A stretch of 45,444 bases of DNA, taken from sequence record SRR31156797_5597. One strand, 5' to 3'. A program made the position numbers and the translations under genes. Position 1 is the first letter of the stretch; each line of letters opens with the position of its first letter. The notes below the pieces were generated by a model. It was not told the DNA's origin. It made no database searches and saw only the letters and a program-made list of their open reading frames with translations. This document shows, one piece after another, positions 36,353 through 45,444 of this stretch.

Positions 36353-36886
36353 TCATTTCGTAAAACGCTGTTGCTCTCTGATGGCCATCAGGTAGCGGAA
36401 AACCTCCCTGCTATGCCTGGGATTTCTTGTCTGAACAAATAAATAGGCAAGCCTGAGCAGTGTCTTCTCCTCTGCACCAGGTAGTTCATTGGCTATGGAC
36501 ACTGCAACTCTGGAATCCCAATGTTCTGTCCATTCCATGTGTTCGGTTGCACACTGTTTTCTAGCTTCTATGGCTTCGTTTAGCAACGAGTCACGCCAAT
36601 ATTCAATTTCATGAAACTGTTTATTTTTAACAAGTTCTCCTCCTTTCCGATCAGCTAAAAACGTATAGAGCTCATCAAGGGGTTCTTCCTTCAATAATTT
36701 GGTGATGTATTTAAGTTGTCTCTTTTTTGACCCGCCCTTGAGTCCATAGCTGTCTATGAGAAGCTCTCTCACCTCCAGGGAGCAAGGGCATTTTTCAACA
36801 ACCTGGCGTGACAGTTTGGCTAATTCTATCACCAGTATTTCAATTTCCTTGACACGTCTTTTTTGTTCCGATCGACTTATGTGCAC
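36353..36886 (-). CDS. darP: Ribosome biogenesis factor DarP (YjgA/DUF615)
   Basis: ISRSEQKR, KKRQLKYITKLL, FHEIEYWRDSL, REVFRYL; GTG start at 36886 with GGAG RBS. Confidence 0.88.
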   Translation of the reverse strand: MHISRSEQKRRVKEIEILVIELAKLSRQVVEKCPCSLEVRELLIDSYGLKGGSKKRQLKYITKLLKEEPLDELYTFLADRKGGELVKNKQFHEIEYWRDSLLNEAIEARKQCATEHMEWTEHWDSRVAVSIANELPGAEEKTLLRLAYLFVQTRNPRHSREVFRYLMAIREQQRFTK

Positions 36887-37040
36887 GTTTTTGCTCCAAC
36901 AATTAATAATAAAAGACCCAATGCCATCCTCATGATGTTCAATGATACCCAATCAGCACCAAATAAATCAAACACGGAAGAAAAGATAGGTAGTAATGCG
37001 AATCAGGGTGGGCAAGGCGACGCTCACTGCTGGCAAAGTG

Positions 37041-38273
37041 TTATCTTGCCAGCAGGAGATCCACCACTTTGTTGAGAATCCGATTAGCAGTCCCCTCCTT
37101 GGAGAGGAGCGGGAGTTGGCAAATATCGGTGCGATCTATTAAGGTGACTTGGTTGGTTTCAACATCAAAGCCTGTTTTCGAGCCAAGAATATCATTGACC
37201 ACTATCAGATCCACGTTTTTCTCAGTGAGTTTGCGCAAACCCTCCTGCTGGTGATTTTCACTTTCTGCTGCAAACCCAACCAGCAACTGCTGTCCTTTTC
37301 TTTCCTTTCCGAGCCTGGCAAGGATGTCACTATTTTTGACGAGTCCCAGGTTGAAGTTATCAGCTTTTTTCTTGATTTTATGATGTTGTTCAACAAGAGG
37401 ACGGTAATCAGCAACTGCAGCCGCTTTGATAATAACAGATGCATTCACGGCATGAGCAATAACTTCATCCTCCATCTCCTGAGCAGACTGTACCCGGACA
37501 ATCGAGACCCCAGGAGGCGCAGGCAGGGTTACCGGTCCACTTATCAAGGTAACAACAGCTCCGCGGCGGACAGCTGCCCTGGCAAGAGCATATCCCATTT
37601 TACCGCTGGACCTGTTTGTCAGATAGCGAGCAGGGTCAATGGCTTCTCTGGTGGGCCCCGCAGTAATAACGATATTTTGTCCAGTGAGGTCATCGGGGCA
37701 CATTACCTGGAGCAATTTCTCTCTGGCCACGTCCCAATCAGGAAGTCGGCCATCGCCAACTTCACCACAAGCCAACGAACCGCTATCGGGTGCTACTACA
37801 TGGTATCCGAAGCCTTCCAACTTCTTGATATTCGCCTGTGTTGCGGGGTGAGTAAACATGTTTGTATTCATTGCAGGACACACAATGACTGGTTTTTGAG
37901 CAGCCAGTATTGTAGTGGATACCAGATCATTGGCCATGCCCTGACTTAACCGTACCAAAGTCTGGGCAGTAGCCGGAGCCACAAGCACTACATCGTTATC
38001 TCGTGATAGATTGATGTGAGCCATAACCCCTTCCTGGTCATCCTCAAACATATCATGATATACTCGATTTCCGGAAAGTGCAGAAAAGGTCAACGCTGAA
38101 ACAAATCGTTGACCTGCACTGGTCATCATTACCGTTACAATGGCTTCTTCTTTGACCAAGGCACGGACCCATTCCGCAGCTTTATATGCGGCAATGGATC
38201 CGGTAACGCCAAGCAACACCCGCACCCCCTGCAGACCAGGTCTCGACAGGTCCACATTAAAGTTCTTCACCAC
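37041..38273 (-). CDS. coaBC: Bifunctional phosphopantothenoylcysteine decarboxylase/synthase
   Basis: GVTGSIAAYKA, APATA, PAMNTNM, LACGEVGDGRL, TAGPTREAIDPARYLTNRSSGKMG, VGFAAES. Confidence 0.97.
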   Translation of the reverse strand: MVKNFNVDLSRPGLQGVRVLLGVTGSIAAYKAAEWVRALVKEEAIVTVMMTSAGQRFVSALTFSALSGNRVYHDMFEDDQEGVMAHINLSRDNDVVLVAPATAQTLVRLSQGMANDLVSTTILAAQKPVIVCPAMNTNMFTHPATQANIKKLEGFGYHVVAPDSGSLACGEVGDGRLPDWDVAREKLLQVMCPDDLTGQNIVITAGPTREAIDPARYLTNRSSGKMGYALARAAVRRGAVVTLISGPVTLPAPPGVSIVRVQSAQEMEDEVIAHAVNASVIIKAAAVADYRPLVEQHHKIKKKADNFNLGLVKNSDILARLGKERKGQQLLVGFAAESENHQQEGLRKLTEKNVDLIVVNDILGSKTGFDVETNQVTLIDRTDICQLPLLSKEGTANRILNKVVDLLLAR

Positions 38274-38327
38274 AGGCTAGTCCCTTTCTGAATTATATAA
38301 AAAACATTTGGTAATAGACACTGATTG

Positions 38328-38834
38328 CTACTGAGTAACAGCCTCACCAAAAGGATTTAAAGAGGTCGCTGCTGTCTCATCAATGGTTACGTAAAAAGTT
38401 AGCTTTGTTTTAGACAAAGGTCCCCCTTCACTGATTACCATCATACAGGTTTTATTTGGCTTGACAAAAGCAAGCATGATATCCTTTGAAGATGTTTCAC
38501 CAACTTGTTTCCACTTGTTATCTTGCATGGATTGAACCATGTAGTCTTTCAAAGACATGACAGCGACCTTGCCCTCATACACATACACGCCCCCTCTGAA
38601 AGACTCGGTTTTGATACCCATCGAACTCTTTCTATCCCACTCAAGCTCAGTTGGAAGAACAATATCATGTATGTCGCCTGCAAAGCCAGGTACAGGTGGA
38701 AGGGCGTCAGGACTTTCGCCAGGCGCAGAAGCAACGGCTGTTTTATTACCGACACAACCTGATAAACAAAAGACAGTTACCAACCCCACCAAGATAATGC
38801 TAAGTACAACAGATTTATTCTTCATGTAGATCAT
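38328..38834 (-). CDS. Hypothetical lipoprotein
   Basis: Signal peptide with LSGC lipobox; the true start may be 38825. Confidence 0.8.
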   Translation of the reverse strand: MIYMKNKSVVLSIILVGLVTVFCLSGCVGNKTAVASAPGESPDALPPVPGFAGDIHDIVLPTELEWDRKSSMGIKTESFRGGVYVYEGKVAVMSLKDYMVQSMQDNKWKQVGETSSKDIMLAFVKPNKTCMMVISEGGPLSKTKLTFYVTIDETAATSLNPFGEAVTQ

Positions 38835-39256
38835 TCTCCGATCATAGAGTGAAGGCCACTTAAAAAACTATTTCCCGACCAATATCTGTGAAATGATAGA
38901 AATTCCATTCTCGAATTAGTGCGTATATCGGTGTTGAAATTTCCTCATAAATTATCATGGATCGAGAAATTTCATTTTCCAAGGTACCCTGTAATAAAGC
39001 CTGTTCTGATACAGTAAAAAATGGAAAAGAACTCAGTATTTCACTGCTCAATAAAAAATTCACCCAGGCTAACCTTTACTTATAAATAAATATTTGGTTG
39101 TAAAAAAATAAGGTTTTAATGTCAATAAACATTCACTATGCTATATAAGTCTTTTTTTTAGTGAAGAGACTCACCTGTTTGTTAGACGAACTAAGGTTTT
39201 CTCATAACAAACGAAAATAACTTTTCAGAAAAAGTCATCAATACTGACTTATATAT

Positions 39257-40072
39257 ATGCAGAACAAATCGACGAATAAAGGTTCCCCACCTCCTGGTCT
39301 TAAGCTCATAGACACCCACTGTCACTTGGACATGCATGCATACAGTAGTGACATTGATCAAGTTCTTGAGCACGCAGCGCATGCAGGAATCCACAAAATT
39401 ATTACTATTGGCATAGACCTGGAAAGTTCAAAGGCAGGGGTTAACCTTGCCGCCACATACCCACAAATCTTCGCCACTGTTGGGGTCCACCCCCATGAAG
39501 CAGGCAAAGTTACGCCCACTATCCTGCATGAGATTTCCCGTTTAGCAAAATCTTCGAAGGTTGTGGGTTATGGTGAGATAGGCCTTGATTATGCAAAGAA
39601 CTACGCTCCTCATGAAGTTCAGCGAAAAGTTTTTGCAATGCAATTAGAACTTGCAAAAGAGCTCAAGCTGCCTGTCGTTATCCATGACAGGGAAGCCCAC
39701 GACGAAACCATACAACTTTTAAGGGAAATTGGGCCGTTCCAAAAACGAGGGGTCATGCACTGTTTTTCTGGTGACGTTTCCCTTGCCCGTCAGGTCATCG
39801 ACCTTGGATTTTATATTTCCATACCAGGAATTGTTACCTTCAAAAATGCCAAAGAACTCCAAGAGGTGGTCCAGGTAACAGACATACGACACCTTCTTCT
39901 TGAAACAGATGGCCCCTTTCTAGCCCCTGTCCCTTTTCGTGGCAAAAGAAATACCCCTGCCAAAATTATTCATACCGCCCAGATGGTGGCTGATTTAAAA
40001 AACATGTCGCTTAATGACGTTGCAGCCACAACAACTCGCAATGCACTCGATCTCTTTCAGTTACCTGGTTAA
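39257..40072 (+). CDS. tatD: TatD family hydrolase/DNase
   Basis: IDTHCHL, GVHPH, GEIGLDY, IHDREAH, GVMHCFSG, LLETDGPFLAPVPFRGKRN. Confidence 0.95.
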   Translation: MQNKSTNKGSPPPGLKLIDTHCHLDMHAYSSDIDQVLEHAAHAGIHKIITIGIDLESSKAGVNLAATYPQIFATVGVHPHEAGKVTPTILHEISRLAKSSKVVGYGEIGLDYAKNYAPHEVQRKVFAMQLELAKELKLPVVIHDREAHDETIQLLREIGPFQKRGVMHCFSGDVSLARQVIDLGFYISIPGIVTFKNAKELQEVVQVTDIRHLLLETDGPFLAPVPFRGKRNTPAKIIHTAQMVADLKNMSLNDVAATTTRNALDLFQLPG

Positions 40073-40081
40073 CGCAAAAAC

Positions 40082-40771
40082 ATGATACAAGAAAATTACC
40101 ATACTATACGCCTACAAATAAATCAGTGTGCGGAAGCCTGCCACCGCGACCCGAATACAATTCAGTTAGTTGCAGTTTCAAAAAAGAAAGAAAAGCACTT
40201 AATACAGCAGGCTTTTGACTGCGGACAAAAAATCTTTGGGGAAAATTACCTACAGGAAGCGGTTCAAAAAATACCAAATCTACCACCGTCGGCAAGATGG
40301 CACTTCATAGGACACCTCCAGAGCAACAAGGCCAAACAGGCTGTTACTTTTTTTGATGTGATAGAAACTGTTGACAGTTTAAAACTCGCAAAACTTATAG
40401 ATAGACATTCCAAGGCTCTTAGCAAATCTACAGCCATTCTGTTGCAAATCAATATCGGAAGGGAACCGCAAAAAGCTGGTATTTTACCAGAAGAAGCCGA
40501 GTCCCTACTCCAGCGAATTACCAGCGAAACCAAACTCCAGGTACTTGGGCTCATGGTGATCCCCCCCTTTGCAAGTACTCCAGAAGCCAGCAGACCTTTT
40601 TTTAAAGCGACAAGAAAGCTTGCAGAGGAATTTGCAAAAAAACAATTATTTTCAAATAATAAAAACGTTGTCCTTTCAATGGGCATGTCAGCAGACTTTC
40701 ATATTGCCATTGAAGAGGGTGCAACACACATACGAATTGGAACAGCACTGTTTGGTGCCAGAGATTATTAA
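40082..40771 (+). CDS. yggS: PLP homeostasis protein (YggS/PROSC)
   Basis: LVAVSK, FGENYLQE, WHFIGHLQSNK, LSMGMSADF..AIEEGAT..RIGTALFG. Confidence 0.96.
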   Translation: MIQENYHTIRLQINQCAEACHRDPNTIQLVAVSKKKEKHLIQQAFDCGQKIFGENYLQEAVQKIPNLPPSARWHFIGHLQSNKAKQAVTFFDVIETVDSLKLAKLIDRHSKALSKSTAILLQINIGREPQKAGILPEEAESLLQRITSETKLQVLGLMVIPPFASTPEASRPFFKATRKLAEEFAKKQLFSNNKNVVLSMGMSADFHIAIEEGATHIRIGTALFGARDY

Positions 40772-40783
40772 AAGGAGAAGTTA

Positions 40784-42094
40784 ATGCACATTACCATGAT
40801 TGGCACCGGGTACGTAGGTTTGGTGACAGGTACCTGCTTTGCCGAATTTGGCCACACCGTCACATGCGTCGACAAGGTAGAGGAAAAAATTGAAAATTTG
40901 AAACAGGGGATTATACCTATATATGAACCGGGCCTTGACAGCTTGGTGAAAAAAAACGTCGATGAAGGAAGACTCCGTTTTACTACTGACCTTGGCGACC
41001 CTGTGCCACAGTCGGATGCGGTCTTCATAGCTGTCGGTACCCCCAGCTCCAGGCGAGGTGACGGCTATGCTGACTTGACCTATATCTATCAGGCTGCAAA
41101 AGAGGTTGCACAACACCTTAAAGACTATACAGTTGTTGTGGATAAAAGCACTGTCCCTGTCGGCACGGCTCGTCAGGTAAGTCGGATAATTAAAGAAACC
41201 AACCCTGCTGTTGACATTGACGTGGCATCGAACCCTGAATTTTTACGGGAAGGTGCTGCCATAGCAGATTTTATGCGACCAGACAGGGTAGTAATTGGGG
41301 TTGAATCAGACCGTGCAGAAGAAATTATGCGCGAGATATACGAACCGTTATACATTAGAGACACCCCCATTGTCAGCACCACCATAGAAACAGCAGAACT
41401 TGCCAAATACGCAGCAAATGCTTTTCTTGCCGTAAAAATCAGTTTCATTAATGAAATTGCTAATGTCTGCGAGGCAGTTAACGCCAATGTAACAGACATT
41501 GCCAAGGCCATAGGCATGGATGGCCGTATTGGCAGCAAATTTTTACACCCCGGCCCGGGTTATGGCGGCTCTTGTTTTCCCAAGGACACACTGGCACTGA
41601 TGCGTATCGTTCAAGAAAACGGGGAAAATGTTCGAGTTGTTGAGGCTGCAGTAGAGGCTAACTCAGCCCAAAAGGCACGAATGGTTAAAAAAATCAGAGA
41701 AATGCTAGGTGGATCTGAAGCAGGTAAAACTATTGCCGTACTCGGTCTTACATTTAAACCCGAAACAGATGACATGCGGGATGCACCTGCTGCAACAATC
41801 CTTCCGGCCCTTCTTGAAAAAGGGGCGACAATCAAAGCACACGACCCTAAAGGCATAGAGGAGGCAAAACACTACCTCCCAACAGGGATAGAGTATGCAA
41901 AAAACGCCTACGAAGCTGCTGCTGAAGCAGACTGCGTTGTTCTTATGACGGAATGGAATCAGTACCGGGCGCTTGACCTGGAAAAAATAAAGAAAAGCAT
42001 GAACACTCCGGTGTTTGTCGACTTGCGCAATGTATACGAACCTCAAAAAATGAGGGAACTAGGTTTTAAATATATGGGAGTTGGTCGAAAATAA
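40784..42094 (+). CDS. ugd: UDP-glucose 6-dehydrogenase
   Basis: IGTGYVGL, KSTVPVGT, SNPEFLREG, KYAANAFLA.KISFINE, GYGGSCFPKD. Confidence 0.96.
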   Translation: MHITMIGTGYVGLVTGTCFAEFGHTVTCVDKVEEKIENLKQGIIPIYEPGLDSLVKKNVDEGRLRFTTDLGDPVPQSDAVFIAVGTPSSRRGDGYADLTYIYQAAKEVAQHLKDYTVVVDKSTVPVGTARQVSRIIKETNPAVDIDVASNPEFLREGAAIADFMRPDRVVIGVESDRAEEIMREIYEPLYIRDTPIVSTTIETAELAKYAANAFLAVKISFINEIANVCEAVNANVTDIAKAIGMDGRIGSKFLHPGPGYGGSCFPKDTLALMRIVQENGENVRVVEAAVEANSAQKARMVKKIREMLGGSEAGKTIAVLGLTFKPETDDMRDAPAATILPALLEKGATIKAHDPKGIEEAKHYLPTGIEYAKNAYEAAAEADCVVLMTEWNQYRALDLEKIKKSMNTPVFVDLRNVYEPQKMRELGFKYMGVGRK

Positions 42095-42101
42095 CACAAA
42101 T

Positions 42102-42140
42102 AAAAAAGGCCTTTGTCTGTAGTAGACAAAGGCCTTTTTT
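42102..42140. terminator. Bidirectional intrinsic terminator
   Basis: AAAAAAGGCCTTTGTCT-gtagt-AGACAAAGGCCTTTTTT between convergent genes. Confidence 0.9.
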
Positions 42141-42205
42141 ATTACTTAACAACGGGTGAAGGGCTTATACTATGCCAGGCTCCCTCTTACCACGGAAAGT
42201 TGAGA

Positions 42206-42457
42206 CTAAGCTCTTCGCTTGGAAGAAGCTCTCTTTGCAGCTTTCAATGGGTTAATACGAACTTTAACCACTTTAACTTCTGGTTTTGAGTGGGTTGCAA
42301 AATTACAAATTCCAAGACGCCATCTTGCATCTGGCTGTACGTAAGTGTTGCAATATTTATTACTTTCAACCTCTACTATCCGTTCGCACCCTTCACATTG
42401 CTCAACAACCGGTTGAAACAGTCCGTCACTGAATTTAGCTGTATCATTTGTCTGCAT
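42206..42457 (-). CDS. PxxKW family cysteine-rich protein
   Basis: PVVEQCEGC..C..Y..PDARW..G.CNFATH...INPLKAAKR; start MQTND with GGAG RBS. Confidence 0.88.
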   Translation of the reverse strand: MQTNDTAKFSDGLFQPVVEQCEGCERIVEVESNKYCNTYVQPDARWRLGICNFATHSKPEVKVVKVRINPLKAAKRASSKRRA

Positions 42458-42648
42458 CTTGCCAACTCCTGAAAAAATATAAACTTTTTCTTGAATCAAG
42501 AAAAAAACTTACCTACAATATCATTAATTGTGACCTTTTGTCACATCACCAATAGAAAATAGATTTTATAAAGGCTATTGCACTTTCTGTCAATACCTTA
42601 TATTCAACAGCCTTTAAAAATATCAGGAAGTTGTCTGGAGAATGATTC

Positions 42649-43854
42649 ATGCCAATTTATGTTTGGAAAGGAAAAAACAGTTACGGCGAAAAACGCAAAG
42701 GTGAACTGGAAGCACCCGATGAAAACTCTGCTCTGGCACAACTCAGGCGATTGCGGATTGACAATATTAAGATAAAGGAAAAGCCCAAAGATATTTTAGA
42801 ACAGATTCCGATTTTCAAGCCAAAAGTCACCGGCAAAGACCTTGTTATCTTTACCAGGCAACTTTCTACTATGATTGATGCTGGTCTTCCATTGGTGCAG
42901 TGCCTGCAAATCCTCGGCAAACAACAGGAAAATTCCACCTTTAAAAAGGTAATCCTTGAGATTCAGACCGACGTTGAAACAGGAACGACACTTGCCGATT
43001 CCATGCGCAAGCATCCAAAGATATTTGACAATCTATATTCAAACATGATCGAAGCAGGTGAACTTGGCGGTATCCTCGACACCATCCTCTCCAGATTGGC
43101 TGTTTTCAAAGAAAAAGCCATGGCACTGCAGAAAAAAATTAAGGGCGCGATGACATACCCAGCAATATGCCTCGGTATTTCGCTCATCATTCTTGTGGTC
43201 ATCCTTGTTTTTGTTGTTCCCGTTTTTGATAAAATGTTCCAGGAATTTGGTTCTACCCTCCCTGTACCAACGCAGATTGTTGTCAACATGAGTACTTTTT
43301 TCAAGGGTAATTTTATCTATATTGCCCTTGGGGCTGTCCTCTTCACCTGGGTTTTCAAACGTATTTATAATACTGGAAAAGGTCGGCTCAGAATTGACGC
43401 TGCCCTACTCAAGTCTCCTGTAGTTGGCACCCTGCTTCGTCGGGTTGCTGTTTCCAAATTTACTCGAACCTTGAGCACCATGCTGCAAAGTGGCGTACCC
43501 ATCCTTGAAGCTCTGCAAGTCGTCGGTCGAACATCAGGAAACAAGGTTATTGAACGAGCTGTCTTTAGAGTTGCTGATAGTATTGCAGAAGGGCGGCCCA
43601 TTGCTGAACCGCTTGAAGAATCCGGCGTTTTTCCGAACATGGTTGTACAGATGATTAATGTCGGAGAATCTGTCGGTGCTCTTGACACCATGCTTGAAAA
43701 AATCGCGGATTTTTACGATGAAGAAGTTGATCAAGCCGTAGATAACCTAACCGCGATGATCGAACCTTTTATGATGGTCTTCTTGGGAGGAATGATTGGC
43801 GGGTTGGTCGTAGCTATGTATTTACCAATTTTTAAGATGGCAAGTGTTGTTTAA
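42649..43854 (+). CDS. pilC: Type IV pilus inner-membrane platform protein (T2SS F family)
   Basis: FTRQLSTMIDAGLPL, AGELGG.LD, KIKGAMTYP, VGESVGALD.ML.KIADFY, EP...MYLPIF. Confidence 0.95.
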   Translation: MPIYVWKGKNSYGEKRKGELEAPDENSALAQLRRLRIDNIKIKEKPKDILEQIPIFKPKVTGKDLVIFTRQLSTMIDAGLPLVQCLQILGKQQENSTFKKVILEIQTDVETGTTLADSMRKHPKIFDNLYSNMIEAGELGGILDTILSRLAVFKEKAMALQKKIKGAMTYPAICLGISLIILVVILVFVVPVFDKMFQEFGSTLPVPTQIVVNMSTFFKGNFIYIALGAVLFTWVFKRIYNTGKGRLRIDAALLKSPVVGTLLRRVAVSKFTRTLSTMLQSGVPILEALQVVGRTSGNKVIERAVFRVADSIAEGRPIAEPLEESGVFPNMVVQMINVGESVGALDTMLEKIADFYDEEVDQAVDNLTAMIEPFMMVFLGGMIGGLVVAMYLPIFKMASVV

Positions 43855-43901
43855 TTCAGTTCAATACTTACTCTGTCTATATTCTTATAATAAATTTATA
43901 A

Positions 43902-45221
<1,320 letters not shown>

Positions 45222-45315
45222 GGATTGACAATTACGGGTCTCGCTGCCTATCATATAAATAACAGTACAATTTTAGATTAAACCATTGCAAATTCGCTTC
45301 ATTTGGAGGTTAAAG

Positions 45316-45444
45316 ATGACATTGACCAAGGCTGATTTAGTTCAACAAGTGTATAAACTACATCCAACGTTGACAAAATCTCAATCAACTGCATCTGTAG
45401 AAACCTTTTTGACCTTGTCTAAATCATCACTTATCAAAGGGCAG
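45316..45444 (+). CDS. ihfA: Integration host factor alpha / HU family protein, truncated by the window end
   Basis: GGAGG RBS, then MTLTKADLVQQVYKLHPTLTKSQSTASVETFL.., the IHF/HU N-terminus; not in the ORF track. Confidence 0.8.
   Translation, partial: MTLTKADLVQQVYKLHPTLTKSQSTASVETFLTLSKSSLIKGQ

Noticed and set aside
37149-37949. Long antisense ORFs, e.g. 266 aa opposite coaBC and others opposite dld, tolA, ugd and pilC
   Set aside because: Shadow frames of well-conserved genes, with no motifs or RBS support.

Overview
About 45 kb of bacterial chromosome. Gene content (PxxKW protein, Dld-II, CbcAB-type cytochromes, sigma54 regulators) suggests an anaerobic Desulfobacterota member, possibly Desulfobulbales; this is inferred, not shown. 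The left part (about 1-22 kb) is accessory-like. It holds several decayed genes (hybrid kinase, HxlR, DMT transporter, a homopolymer-frameshifted epimerase), a FabH-fold enzyme lacking the His/Asn catalytic residues, and a TPP riboswitch leading an NRAMP-fold transporter without the metal site plus a coupled P-loop protein. It also holds a sigma54-driven CbcA/CbcB-like cytochrome locus with a PAS-bEBP, with an internally deleted IS21 (intact IstA DNA-binding domain only) between promoter and genes, then a D-lactate dehydrogenase, ndk and a sirtuin. The right part (23-45 kb) is mostly core: tRNA-His, a PDT-PDH fusion, an MrfA/MrfB-like helicase-exonuclease fusion, tlyA, tolQRAB-cpoB without pal, an atypical trxB, darP, coaBC, tatD, yggS, ugd, pilC, eno and the start of ihfA. 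The best novel-system candidates are (1) the TPP riboswitch / NRAMP-like transporter / P-loop NTPase operon and (2) the sigma54-cbcAB unit with ATTGCA-N4-TGCAAT enhancer palindromes and a possibly domesticated mini-IS21.
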